DNA of 64,000 nt from Macrostomum hystrix. Taxonomy: Eukaryota > Animalia > Platyhelminthes. Position numbers and translations under genes: made by a program. Numbering within the stretch: position 1 is the stretch's first letter; each line of letters starts with the position of its first letter. This document shows, piece by piece, positions 24,539 to 37,200 of the stretch. The stretch is taken from positions 9,548,001-9,612,000 of the forward strand of contig CATNEN010000025.1 in the NCBI GenBank assembly GCA_950097015.1. Reading direction: 5' to 3'. Below the pieces are notes generated by a model. That model saw nothing but the letters and a program-made list of their open reading frames with translations. It ran no database searches and was not told the DNA's origin.

Positions 24539-27238
24539 ATGATTATACTAGTGACCATTATCTTGGCTGGCTGCCTTCTAACAGCCAAACTATGGAAACG
24601 CCTGGCCAAATATGCCACAGATTTGTTTGCTATGCGTGACATTCATGGCCCACCTCAGCTGCCTCTGATTGGCAATGCGCACCAATTTGAATACGGTGGC
24701 GCCGCCTTCTATCGCCAGATAATGAGCTACGCGCATGAGTTTCGGGATAAATCACTGTTCCGCATTTGGGTTGGCATCTTTCCCATTGTAGTACTACAGA
24801 AGGCCAAGTCTGTTGAGACCATCTTATCCAGCACTAGGCACATCACTAAGGCGTTTCAGTATGACTTCCTGCACTCCTGGCTGGGCACCGGATTGTTAAC
24901 TAGCGCCGGAGAGAAGTGGCACACTCGCCGAAAGATGCTAACACCAGCGTTTCACTTTAGCATTCTTCAGGACTTCTGTCCGGTGTTTAACGAGCAGGGC
25001 CGCATTCTGCTACAGGTGTTAGATGAGCAGCTGGACTCTGATGGCCAGGTTGAGCTTGATATTTTCCCATATGTAGGCCGTTGCGCTTTGGATATCATCT
25101 GCGAGACTGCCATGGGCTGTCAGGTTGGCAATGCCGAGTCTGTTAATTTCGAAAAGTTTTAATAAATTAAATTCTGCCATCCCACAATCCACCTTCGGTG
25201 TCTCATCTATCCCCTGTCTACTCTCACTTCTGTCTTATCTTCACCTGTCTCATCTCTCCCCTGTCTCATCTCTCCCCTGTCTCATCTCTCCCCTGTCTCA
25301 TCTCTCCCCTGTCTCATCTCTACCGTGTCTTATCTTCCCCCGTCTCATCTCTCCCCTGTCTCATCTCTCCCAGCTGTCTCATCTCTCCCCTGTCTCATCT
25401 CTCCCGTGTCTCATCTCTCCCCTGTCTCATCTCTCCTATGTCTCATCTCTCCCTGTCTTATCTCTCCACTGTCTCACCTCTCCACGTCTTATCTCTCCCC
25501 TGTCTCATCTCTCCCAGTCACTGTAAATACCCCAGGTAGATCAAAAGAGTTATTTCTTCACCACTCGCTCCCTCCGTTAAATTGCATTCTTTAACAGAAT
25601 CATTTCGATCCCTTATTTTATAAAGTCTTGAAAGTCTTAAAAAATAATATAATGTAAACTCCTCGCTAAACCATCTGCGCAGGTGCACGCCCAGACTGAG
25701 CATTCATCTGAGTATGTCACCTCCGTAGGCTCAATGTCCGAAGTGGTCATGCGCCGGCTAAAGAATCCGCTGTACTATTCGGAGTTGCTGTTCTCGCGCA
25801 GCCGCCTGTCCGCCGAGCAGACCGCCTGCCTAGGCGTCATGCACGCCTTCACTACCGGCGTCATCGCCGAGCGTCGGGCCGACTTCGCCTCAATGTCCGA
25901 GGAGGAGCGCCGCGACCAGATGGCTCTGCGCCGTCGCAGGAAGCGTCTGACCTTCCTGGACCTGCTGCTATTCGAGAGCGAGGCCGGCTCCGGGGCTAAG
26001 CTGACCGACGCCGACATTCGCGAGGAGGTTGACACCTTCATGTTCGAAGGGCACGATACTACGGCCGCCGCAATGACCTGGTGCCTATATTTGTTGGGCC
26101 GCCATCCGCAAGTGCAGGCCGATGTGCATAAGGAGATTGACGCTATCTGGGAGGAGGTGAGATTATTAATTTGTTTTTTGCACAATTTATAAAGACAGAT
26201 TTGAAAAGACGGGAGAGATGAGACAATTTATAGATAAGAGAAGGGAGAGATGAGACAACTTATAGATAAGAGAAGGGAGAGATGAGACAACTTATAGATA
26301 AGAGAAGGGAGAGATGAGACAATTTATAGATAAGTGAAGGGAGAGATGAGACAATTTATAGATAAGAGAAGGGAGAGATGAGACAATTTATAGATAAGAG
26401 AAGGGAGAGATGAGACAATTTATAGATAAGAGAAAGGAGAGATAAGACAACTTATAGATAGGGGAAGGGAGAGATGAGACAATTTATAGATAAGAGAAGG
26501 GAGAGATGAGACAATTTATAGATAAGGGAAGGGAGAGATGAGACAATTTATAGATAAGGGAAGGGAGAGATGAGACAACTTATAGATAAGAGAAGGGAGA
26601 GATGAGATAAAAGCGATTAGACACGTGAAATACGAGACAGGGAAGAGATGAGAGATGTGTTTGATATGAACCGGCTCGCATGCATCTGAAGCCCAAGTAC
26701 TGGCTACTACTGTGCTGTTTTCAAACGGGTTTTAATTTTCCAACAACCGCAGGGTCGCCTCAGTCCGGAGGGCCACTTGACCTCCGAGTGCCTCAACCAG
26801 CTGGGCCTGCTCGATCGCTGTGTCAAGGAGGCCCTTCGCATCTATCCGTCCGTGCCATTCTTTGGCCGCGAAGCCGCCGAGGATATTCACCTGGATGGTC
26901 GCACTATTACGGCCGGCACCACCGTGCTGGCCCTAGTGACCCAGCTGCACAGGGATCCCGACGTTTTCCCCGAGCCGGACAAATTCCTGCCTGACAGATT
27001 CCTGCCCGAGGCTAGCCGCGGCCGCAGTCCGTACGCCTATGTGCCATTCTCTGCCGGGCCGCGCAACTGCATCGGCGCCAAATTCGCCCAACTAGAGGAG
27101 AAAGCCGTATTGTGCTGGTTCCTGCGCCATTTTAGCATTGCCAGCCTGCAGACTGAGGACGAGGTTGAGCCAGCCGGAGAGCTCATTCTCAGGCCGGCTA
27201 ACGGCATTCGACTGAAACTACAGCGGCGGAATGTTTGA
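24539..27238 (+). CDS. CYP4: Cytochrome P450, CYP4 family (CYP4V/4C-like), 3 exons, 514 aa
   Basis: Exons 24539-25123, 25683-26156, 26753-27238, all phase 0. N-terminal TM anchor, KWHTRRK, EVDTFMFEGHDTTAA (CYP4 I-helix), EALR, PDRF, heme motif PFSAGPRNCIG. Confidence 0.95.
25195..25517 (+). repeat. Intronic (CTGTCTCATCTCTCCC)n minisatellite, CYP4 intron 1
   Basis: Visible ~16-bp degenerate tandem repeat. Confidence 0.9.
26210..26655 (+). repeat. Intronic ~32-bp minisatellite (GGGAGAGATGAGACAATTTATAGATAAGAGAA)n, CYP4 intron 2
   Basis: Visible tandem repeat; 15 nt of the unit is the exact reverse complement of the intron-1 unit. Confidence 0.9.
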
Positions 27239-27274
27239 TGAATCATTGACATTGGCCTGACTTTCTGAGAGTGA

Positions 27275-27500
27275 GAGACAATTGACTTTATGGGAGTGAC
27301 AGACGAGTGACTTTATGGTAGTGACAGACGAGTGACTTTATGGGAGTGACAGACGAGTGACTTTATGGGAGTGACAGACGAGTGACTTTACGGGAGTGAC
27401 AGACGAGTGACTTTACGGGAGTGACAGACGAGTGACTTTACGGGAGTGAGAGACGATTGACTTTAGGAAAGTGACAGACGAGAGACTTTTGAGAGTGACA
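27275..27500 (+). repeat. 25-bp minisatellite (AGACGAGTGACTTTATGGGAGTGAC)n just downstream of the CYP4 stop
   Basis: Visible tandem repeat. Confidence 0.9.
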
Positions 27501-28096
27501 GGCAAGTAGGACCTGGTGGTCTTTAGCGAACAAAATATTAGTGAATTAACACTAGTTTCGACCTAAAATCCATCTATCGTACTTAAAAGTAGTATTCCTA
27601 GTATTCCCCTACTATTTTTCCAAATCAGGGTAATAAGATTGTTTTATTAAATTTTATTAACTTGTATTTGGACACAAGAACCACAGAATTTACTCTAATC
27701 TTTTAGACATAATTTTTCATCGTTCATTTTAAGTTGCTTTATTTTTGTTAGTGATTTAGACCTTTAACTTGATTTAAAACAAATCTAGATTTTGATTTCA
27801 TGCTCTATCTATCATAGTTTTTCTATCATTCAAAATCAATCACAATTTTTTTCCATTAGTTTTTATGAGTAGTCAATTAAATTTGGACAGTTTTGACGAA
27901 TTTTTATTAAACAAGTCATACATTTTACAGATTAGGAGACCATTTATCCATAATTGGCAGATATTTTCTTACAGTTTTTTGGCTTTCAAATAAAGATTGT
28001 TATTGATTTCTTTCGCCTTTTTTGATTGAAAATTATGTTAGCCTTCGATTTATTTCTTTAGTTTATACTAAAAAATCTGTCATTTAGCGAATTCAA

Positions 28097-28260
28097 TTAA
28101 CGTCCAACGCACCAAGCTCCCTTAGTTCGAATCCGCGGCGAGGCCACATTCGATTGGGCGCGCAGCCGCGGAGAGAATGCATGGGGGCTTGTCGTACAAG
28201 GCACAGTGACAGTGTACACTGCCTGACGATTATGTACACACCCTGTGTGAGTGTGTGCCT
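28097..28260 (+). mobile_element. Truncated copy of tRNA-derived SINE family 1
   Basis: GTTCGAATCCGCGGCGAGGCCACATT...GCAGCCGCGGAGAGAA...GGGGGCTTGTCGT is shared with 44836-45185. Confidence 0.7.
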
Positions 28261-28321
28261 ACCTCATTGGCTACTTTAGCTACTTTGTCTACTTTGATTT
28301 ATCCGCAGATTTGCTGAAAAA

Positions 28322-29140
28322 ATGGCTGAGCGCCAAGGCGCCTATCACCTGTATCACATGCAGCAGCAGCAGCAGCAACACGTCAGATCCAGCGATCAAT
28401 CATTCTGGGATAAGGAGATGCGCGCCATTGAAGCCATCCCGGCCGAACTATCCGCCTTCAAAAGCGCCGAATTGCCATTGGCTAGAATTAAAAAGATTAT
28501 GAAACTTGACGACGATGTGAAGACAATGATGATTGCCGCCGAGGCGCCTCTGTTGTTCTCCAAAGCTGCCGAGATCTTCATCAGGGAGCTGACGTACAGG
28601 GCCTGGGGTCACACGGAGCGAGCCCGCAGGCGTACACTACAGCGTAACGATATAGCTCTCAGCGTTGGCGATCCGGAAACGGACCAGTTCGACTTTCTCA
28701 TCGACATTGTTCCTAGGGAAGCTCTGCCTGCGCCGCCTCCGCCGCCTCATTCGCAGCAGCAGCAACAGCAGCAGCAGGCCCTGCAAGATCCTGCAACCCC
28801 TGCCGTGACCAATAGCAACAATAGCAGCGTCAGTGCCAGCAGTAGCTCGGACAATAGCCAGAATAAGTCTTCCTCGGCCTCATCTTCAGCTTCCTCTGGC
28901 ATTGTGACTAGTGCAGCTGCTGCTGGCATCCAGTATGTTATTCAATTGCCAGTTAGCGCCGCCGCCAACCCTGCCGCGGCTTTGACTCAGGCCCAGCCAA
29001 TGCAGATCTTCATCGGAAATCAGGCCGCACCTGGACCTGGCGGCCCCTTCGATGTCAAGCCAATGATTGTCGCATCGAATGCTAGTAGTGAATCGGCAAC
29101 TAGCACTGGCGCAGTCGGGCACACAGCTTACAATGGCTAG
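28322..29140 (+). CDS. NFYC: Nuclear transcription factor Y subunit gamma (NF-YC), single coding exon, 272 aa
   Basis: Histone fold [46 protein letters not shown]...[10 protein letters not shown]...[13 protein letters not shown], followed by a Gln/Ser/Ala-rich tail. Confidence 0.95.
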   Translation: MAERQGAYHLYHMQQQQQQHVRSSDQSFWDKEMRAIEAIPAELSAFKSAELPLARIKKIMKLDDDVKTMMIAAEAPLLFSKAAEIFIRELTYRAWGHTERARRRTLQRNDIALSVGDPETDQFDFLIDIVPREALPAPPPPPHSQQQQQQQQALQDPATPAVTNSNNSSVSASSSSDNSQNKSSSASSSASSGIVTSAAAAGIQYVIQLPVSAAANPAAALTQAQPMQIFIGNQAAPGPGGPFDVKPMIVASNASSESATSTGAVGHTAYNG

Positions 29141-29894
29141 CGAATTAGTGAATAGAACGAATAATATTAGTACTAGACATAATGATCTACTCTCTCTCTT
29201 TTATCAGTAGAAAGACCACGGCAGCTATTTCAAATACCCATTGCCTATTTCACAAGCGGATAGTGCGGAAACTTTTATCCAGTGTTCTGGATTTACATGG
29301 CGACTGGTTGAATGTTTTAGGAGATACAGAAAATAGATAAATATGATTATTTGAAATCCCTCCAATGGTCTTTCTACTGTTATAAAGTACTAATAGATCG
29401 ATAAAACTATAAGTTTTTTAGCTGTATATATGTTATCGACTTAATGAATCCATGATTGGAAATCATAATTAATCTCTTTGAATACTTCAATTGTTAAAGC
29501 ATATATCCGATATGTGTGTCAACATTGTTCCAATATTTAGAGGCGCTGTCTTTGTGTGAAACATTAATTAAATACATTTTCTGTGTATCTTCTTTTCTAG
29601 TTAAAGCAAAAGCACTGTCTTCCCTTTTCGTTCGCAGCGAAAGTACAATCATTTTTTTGCCATGGAATTTAAAGCTGAAAATATTTTTCCATCAAATAAA
29701 TTTTCTTACGGGTGCACGCAAATCTACTATTTAAATAATTTACTTGTTTGGATTTCATTAGTTCACGATATTAAATATATAGATTTGCTTAGGAATTTTT
29801 CCTATAAACCCACTGCTACATCCACTTTAAGACAAACCCGGCAGTATATTCTGTGACAAACCCTCGCTACAGCAAACCCACATCCACACTCACC

Positions 29895-30265
29895 CAACCA
29901 CCCCTCGACAAAACAAACCTATGTACATCCACAATCAGCCAACAACCCCACGCCAAAACAAACCTATGTACATCCACAATCAGCCAACAACCCCACGCCA
30001 AAACAAACCTATGTACATCCACAATCAGCCAACAACCCCACGCCAAAACAAACCTATGTACATCCACAATCAGCCAACAACCCCACGCCAAAACAAACCT
30101 ATGTACATCCACAATCAGCCAACAACCCCACGCCAAAACAAACCTATGTACATCCACAATCAGCCAACAACCCACGCCAAAACAAACCTATGTACATCCA
30201 CAATCAGCCAACAACCCCACGCCAAAACAAACCTATGTACATCCTAACTCTGCCGACCACCCCAC
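29895..30265 (+). repeat. 45-bp minisatellite (AAAACAAACCTATGTACATCCACAATCAGCCAACAACCCCACGCC)n, about 8 copies
   Basis: Visible tandem repeat. Confidence 0.95.
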
Positions 30266-30686
30266 GCCAAAACAAACCAATCTACATCCACACTCAACCA
30301 ACCCCGCGCCCTAACCGAACCTTAGCAGAATCGTTGTGTCCTATGAAGGTTTTGGTCTGATGTGCCTCATTAGAGCCCTTCTGACCAACTTACTGTTCAT
30401 TCCAGCATTGTTTTGAGCTGCCAAAAATTGTCAATGAACAATATCCTATAGTTTATTTTTTTGCCTATGTGTTGTGTGGTTACATTTATTAGCTTTTTTC
30501 TACTCAGATTTTTAACATCTTTTGTTCATTTTTGGTAGTCACTCGAAGCTATGCTATTTATTGGCAGCAGAATTGTGTTAAAAATCACAGTACGTTAATA
30601 AAAATAATCAATAAAAAGCAAAAAATGTTTTGTTTAAGAGTTGTCTGTTTAGATTCTGTTATTATTTGAGCATGACGATAGTAGAC

Positions 30687-31316
30687 TAGACTGTCATCCA
30701 TTCTCCACCTCAGACTGTCATCCATTCTCCCCCTCAGACTGTCATCCATTCTCCACCTCAGACTGTCATCCATTCTCCCCCTCAGACTGTCATCCATTCT
30801 CCACCTCAGACTGTCATCCATTCTCCCCTCAGACTGTCATCCATTCTCCACCTCAGACTGTCATCCATTCTCCCCCTCAGACTGTCATCCATTCTCCCCT
30901 CAGACTGTCATCCATTCTCCCCTCAGACTGTCATCCATTCTCCACCTCAGACTGTCATCCATTCTCCCCCTCAGACTGTCATCCATTCTCCACCTCAGAC
31001 TGTCATCCATTCTCCCCCTCAGACTGTCATCCATTCTCCCCCTCAGACTGTCATCCATTCTCCACCTCAGACTGTCATCCATTCTCCCCCTCAGACTGTC
31101 ATCCATTCTCCCCTCAGACTGTCATCCATTCTCCACCTCAGACTGTCATCCATTCTCCCCTCAGACTGTCATCCATTCTCCACCTCAGACTGTCATCCAT
31201 TCTCCACCTCAGACTGTCATCCATTCTCCACCTCAGACTGTCATCCATTCTCCACCTCAGACTGTCATCCATTCTCCATCTCAGACTGTCATCCATTCTC
31301 CACCTCAGACTGTCAT
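30687..31316 (+). repeat. 24-bp minisatellite (CAGACTGTCATCCATTCTCC(A/C)CCT)n
   Basis: Visible tandem repeat with occasional 23-bp units. Confidence 0.95.
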
Positions 31317-31441
31317 TTAGTTAGTGCCGCTTGCTGTCGCAACTTAAATTCAGTCTAAATTTGCATTTGCAGCTACGAACGAACTATCATAAGTATAGGT
31401 GAATCAGTTAGCGAACAGTCGCCTCTGAGGTGCTAGACGCT

Positions 31442-34302
31442 ATGAGCTCCGGGCAGCAGCAGCCGGCAGTGCAGCGGATCACGCCTAGCAGAGCGGAGCT
31501 AACGCAGGAGGTCAGCTTTCCGCAGCATTCGCTGCACTGCTCACTATGCAATATGCCATTCAGATCCAGCAGCAATCTGCGCTTCCACATGATTAAGACG
31601 CATCGATGCACTGATCCCAGCGCAGCCATGGCCGCAATCGCATCCACAGCCTCTTCTCAGGCTAGCGCCGAGTCGATTAGCCTAAAACGCTACCACTGTC
31701 CGGAATTCAATTGTCGGTATAGCGAACTTAACGGAGAATATTTCAGCTCATTTTCTAGAGTTAAACAGGTGATTATCGTTGCCCTTTGCTTTTCAGGGGG
31801 TTTACGGGGATTTATGATGGATAAGCAGGGATCTCTAGGGATGAGCTGTTTTGGGATCTGAACTTCAATGTCTAGGGATGAGCTGTTTTGGGATCTGAAC
31901 TTCAATGTCTAGGGATGAGCTGTTTTGGGATCTGAACTTCAATGTCTAGGGATGAGCTGTTTTGGGATCTGAACTTCAATGTCTAGGGATGAGCTGTTTT
32001 GGGATCTGAACTTCAATGTCTAGGGATGAGCTGTTTTGGGATCTGAACTGCAATGTCTATGGGTGAGCAGTTTTGGGATCTGAACTGCAATGTCTATGGG
32101 TGAGCAGTTTTGGGATCTGAACTGCAATGTCTATGAGTGCGCAGTTTTGGGATCTGAACTTCAATGTCTAGGGATGAGCTGTTTTGGGATCTGAACTGCA
32201 ATGTCTATGGGTGAGCAGTTTTGGGATCTGAACTGCAATGTCTATGGGTGAGCAGTTTTGGGATCTGAACTGCAATGTCTATGAGTGCGCAGTTTTGGGA
32301 TCTGAACTTCAATGTCTATGGGTGAGCAGTTTTGGGATCTGAACTGCAATGTCTATGAGTGAGCAGTTTTGGGATCTGAACTGCAATGTCTATGAGTGAG
32401 CAGTTTTGGGATCTGAACTGCAATGTCTATGAGTGCGCAGTTTTGGGATCTGAACTTCAATGTCTAGGGATGAGCTGTTTTGGGATCTGAACTTCAATGT
32501 CTATGGGTGAGCAGTTTTGGGATCTGAACTTCAATGTCTATGGGTGAGCAGTTTTGGGATCTGAACTTCAATGTCTATGAGTGAGCAGTTTTGGGATCTG
32601 AACTGCAATGTCTATGGGTGAGCAGTTTTGGGATCTGAACTGCAATGTCTATGGGTGAGCAGTTTTGGGATCTGAACTGCAATGTCTATGGGTGAGCAGT
32701 TTTGGGATCTGAACTTCAATGTCTATGAGTGAGCAGTTTTGGGATCTGAACTGCAATGTCTATGGGTGAGCAGTTTTGGGATCTGAACTTCAATGTCTAT
32801 GAGTGAGCAGTTTTGGGATCTGAACTGCAATGTCTATGGGTGAGCAGTTTTGGGATCTGAACTGCAATGTCTATGGGTGAGCAGTTTTGGGATCTGAACT
32901 GCAATGTCTATGGGTGAGCAGTTTTGGGATCTGAACTGCAATGTCTATGAGTGAGCAGTTTTGGGATCTGAACTGCAATGTCTATGAGTGAGCAGTTTTG
33001 GGATCTCTATTTCAGTCTCTTGGGATGAGGATTTATGGTCTAAAACAATTTTTAAGATAAAAAAATCGCAGTAGCTGGCATCGTCTTCCCACAAATCGCC
33101 TGCAGCACTACAGCTGGAAACACCTGGAGAAGAAGTCTCAGTGCGACTACTGCTCTCGTCGCTTCCCATCTCAAGCCCTGCTCAGGCTGCACGTGCGCGA
33201 CTGCGGCAGATTTTTCAACTGCGAAGAATGCTCGAGGTTCTATCGCGATCTGAAGAATTTGCGCAGTCATTTTAAGAAAACTGGCCACGGCTTAAACAGC
33301 ATCTTCAGCCAGCGAACTCGGCGAAGCCCGTCAGAACTGCAACAGCAGCAGCAGCTGCGAAAGCAGCAGAAACAGAAGTCATCCACTAGGACCATTGACT
33401 TGGACGACTGTACTCAGCAGCCCAGTGTTGGCCTGGATGTCTCAAATTCTTTTTCGTCCACAGTTGCAGTCGGTAGCGGCGGAAGCGAGGCCGGCAATTC
33501 ATCGTTGAACCTGGTGATTGTGGTCACTGGTTTAGGCGGCTCAACGCCAACAGCTACGGTTTCTGCTGTCTCTTCGACGGCGGCCGTGGCTGCGGCGTCG
33601 GCCGCGTCGTCGTCTGGCAAGGCCGACTCGGCATCAGCGGCTTCCAACAGTCGCTATCGTCAATTGGCGCCGCGTCCGTTGCCTACAACCAATCGGTCCA
33701 GCCAGACAGATCCGTCGCCATCGCCGGAGCTGCTGGCCGCCCTGCTGCAGCAGCATCAGCAGCATGCGCAGCAGAGGCAGCCGCTAGTGCAACAGCAGCA
33801 TCACCATCATCAGCAAATGTTCTCCAGATCGCATCACCACACTGGCCCGATCATGGTGCCCAACCATGCCAGCTTTCGCGGCTCCAGTTGTTCCAGTTTT
33901 GCCGTGGTCTCCATTCAAGATGTTGGACAGCAGCATCAGCAGCAGAGTACCATGCATACTCAAACTGAATACACTTCGCCAATTGCTACTGAAGGCTATT
34001 CGGTTGGCGTCCAGTACTCCCACCAGCAGCAGCAGCAGCAGCAGCAGCATTCTCAGCCAGCCGCCGGCGTAACCCACGGCGTCTGCGTGGGTTCAGGCGC
34101 CTCTCCGCCCATCACTCTGGGCATCCAGGCTGGGCCGGATCCGCTGGAACAGCTGCTTGACATGGAGACCCAGACAAATGACGCATTCTGCAGCGGCGGT
34201 GGCGGCTTTGCTGGCTGCGAAATGGAAACTCAAACTTACGAAGAATTCGACTGGGACACCATGTTCGGCATTGTCAATCGGCGATCTACCGGCGTTGGCT
34301 AG
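31442..34302 (+). CDS. ATMIN: ATM interactor / ASCIZ zinc-finger protein, 2 exons, ~507 aa
   Basis: Exons 31442-31768 and 33106-34302 (phase 0). RYHCPEFNC...FSSFSRVKQ|HYSWKHLEKK.QC..C...F....LL..HVRDCGRFFNC..C...Y.....L.SHFKKTGH fits the ASCIZ ZnF array. C-terminal SQT/TQT dynein-light-chain motifs present. Confidence 0.85.
31830..33005 (+). repeat. 37-bp intronic minisatellite (AGGGATGAGCTGTTTTGGGATCTGAACTTCAATGTCT)n, about 31 copies
   Basis: Visible; fills most of the ATMIN intron. Confidence 0.95.
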
Positions 34303-34464
34303 CGTGTACAATCTAGACTGTGACGATGCGTCTAAATTAGACTGTTTTCTCATTCAATGTACTTATAAAATCAGCCGTCAGCAACCTTTCGCCCGCGATA
34401 GCTCCAGAATCCGGCCTATTTCAACACTCTACCAACAAGCATTCCAACACCCAATCTCAACTCT

Positions 34465-34735
34465 CGCTTGTCTCATCTCTTCACTGTCTTATCTCGACTG
34501 TCTCATCTCTCTCTGTCTCATCTCTCCCTGTCTCATCTCTCCCTGTCTCATCTCTTCCTCGTCTTATCTCTCCCTGTCTCATCTCTCTCTGTCTCATCTC
34601 TCCCTGTCTCATCTCTCCCTGTCTCATCTCTCCCTGTCTCATCTCTTCCTCGTCTTATCTCTCCACTGTCCCATCTCTCCCCCGTCTCATACGCTCGTAT
34701 CTACTGTGTCTCATCTCTCCGACTCTCCACTGTCT
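34465..34735 (+). repeat. (CTGTCTCATCTCTC)n minisatellite; (CT)n(CA)n follows at ~34800-34845
   Basis: Same motif family as CYP4 intron 1. Confidence 0.85.
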
Positions 34736-34815
34736 AATACTCGTATTTTCATGTGCTCGTTTTGACCGCAGTCAGTGCAACCTGCAGGGGTCTTGTTTCT
34801 CTCTCTCTCTCTCAA

Positions 34816-34847
<32 letters not shown>

Positions 34848-36041
34848 TATAGCCTGCGAATTTTCTAATTTAACTAACCGTGTTTTAAAATATGAAATGC
34901 AACTCATTGTTTTTTTGTTTTGTCTTCCAATGTCCGATTCGACTATGGCTGTGCCTGTGTCCATGCTACAAATTATGCGCTAGAAATAAAAATATATTTA
35001 AATGCATGCATATCGTTTTCTAAATAGATAAAGTATAATCTGTTAAACACAAGAAAACGTATAGGATTGTGTGCCAAAAATTACTCATTGACCACAGCTG
35101 ACAAGCTGGCTACTGTAATTTGTATTTAGTTAATCTAATTTCAAAACTGCTAATCCATGACTATTTTCTAAAGTAGCTAGGCTTGCTGTCTTCTCATGTA
35201 ACTCATGTAATTATTAAATATGCACTTTTATATTCTGTTTTTGATATTATCGATTTGCTATCCATTGCTAGACTAAAACTCATTATCTAAATGTAGATTT
35301 CAGTGTGTGCAAGGAATCGAATCTCGGATCTCTTACTTGAACTGTTTTAAAGCTAATTTCATTGAATAGATAGAAATGAAACCTAACCATAATACTACTC
35401 GCACTTAGAATATAATAGATAGTTATTGATTTTCCCAACGAGTATAGCGCAATCAGATATTAAGTTAAGTTAACTGCTTTTCAAATTGACCACTTTATTT
35501 CCTTAAAGAAACGTTTGCTACCAGGGTGTACTTTAAGGTGTCCGGAACAGGTCAATTAACATTTCCAGTAAAATTATATTAGTTCTACTTGTCTAAGTAA
35601 TCAATATAGAAAGGCATTGATTCTTCTCTTGGCGATACCCCAACAACTTGCCAATACCGGGTCAGGGCTACACTATATGCTCAAAGATGCTCAAAGGCCT
35701 TTAGCATCGGCATGGTATGCTTCCCTCGACAGCGGTGGCCGGCAAAAAAGTCCCTAGTTAATAAATTATTTATGCCCTATAACGTAACCTGACGACTGAC
35801 GAGTTGGCTTTCTTTTGCTCTGACTTATCGATGCCTTGTGTGAGCCTGGTCACGTGAGGAGCAACGTACGCTGCCTTGTAGTTTGGATGCAGCGACTTTT
35901 TGTAGCTATCAGTTAGGAAATGTTGGTAAATCGATATGATTCTAGGCAAATTGTAACCTGTCTTCTGGGCCAAGTGCATGCTTTTAGGATTATAGGGACG
36001 ACTAAAATATGGTATGCACTGTTTTAGTCCTTACGTAATTC

Positions 36042-37200
36042 ATGTAGCCAAAATGGCATCTGGCTTTCCGATCATTGTAGCCAAAATGGCGTCTGGCTTT
36101 CCGATCATTGTAGCCAAAATGGCATCTGTCTTTCCGATCATTGTAGCCAAAATGGCGTCTGGCTTTCCGATCATTGAAGCCAAAATGGCATCTGGCTTTC
36201 CGATCATTGTAGCCAAAATGGCGTCTGGCTTTCCGATCATTGTAGCCAAAATGGCATCTGGCTTTCCGATCATTGTAGCCAAAATGGCATCTGGCTTTCC
36301 GATCATTGTAGCCAAAATGGCATCTGGCTTTCCGATCATTGAAGCCAAAATGGCATCTGGCTTTCCGATCATTGTAGCCAAAATGGCATCTGGCTTTCCG
36401 ATCATTGTAGCCAAAATGGCATCTGGCTTTCCGATCATTGTAGCCAAAATGGCATCTGGCTTTCCGATCATTGTAGCCAAAATGGCATCTGGCTTTCCGA
36501 TCATTGTAGCCAAAATGGCATCTGGCTTTCCGATCATTGTAGCCAAAATGGCATCTGGCTTTCCGATCATTGAAGCCAAAATGGCATCTGGCTTTCCGAT
36601 CATTGTAGCCAAAATGGCATCTGGCTTTCCGATCATTGAAGCTAAAATGGCATCTGGCTTTCCGATCATTGAAGCCAAAATGGCATCTGGCTTTCCGATC
36701 ATTGAAGCCGAAATGGCATCTGGCTTTCCGATCATTGAAGCTAAAATGGCATCTGGCTTTCCGATCATTGTAGCCAAAATGGCATCTGGCTTTCCGATCA
36801 TTGAAGCCAAAATGGCATCTGGCTTTCCGATCATTGAAGCCAAAATGGCATCTGGCTTTCCGATCATTGAAGCCAAAATGGCATCTGGCTTTCCGATCAT
36901 TGTAGCCAAAATGGCATCTGGCTTTCCGATCATTGTAGCCAAAATGGCATCAGGCTCCGTTCCTTGCAGCCAAAATGGCATCAGGCTCCGTCCCTTGCAG
37001 CCAAAATGGCATCAGGCTCCGTCCCTTGCAGATAAAATGGCATCAGGCTCCGTTCCTTGCAGCCAAAATGGCATCGGGTTCCGTCCCTTGCAGATAAAAT
37101 GGCATCTGGCTCCGTCCCTTGCAGCCAAAATGGCATCAGGCTCCGTCCCTTGCAGCCAAAATGGCATCTAGCTCCGTCCCTTGCAACGAAATGGCATCTG
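36042..37200 (+). repeat. 33-bp minisatellite (GCCAAAATGGCATCTGGCTTTCCGATCATTGTA)n grading into a 31-bp variant after ~36950
   Basis: Visible; source of the 385-aa and 313-aa repeat ORFs. Confidence 0.95.

Noticed and set aside
31830-33005. CRISPR-like regular arrays (also 48.4, 54.2 and 30.7 kb)
   Set aside because: Head-to-tail tandem units with no unique spacers, no cas genes, eukaryotic context.
36014-37171. 385-aa and 313-aa repetitive ORFs (VAKMASGFPII)n
   Set aside because: Stop-free frames of a 33-bp minisatellite on both strands; no splice or domain context.
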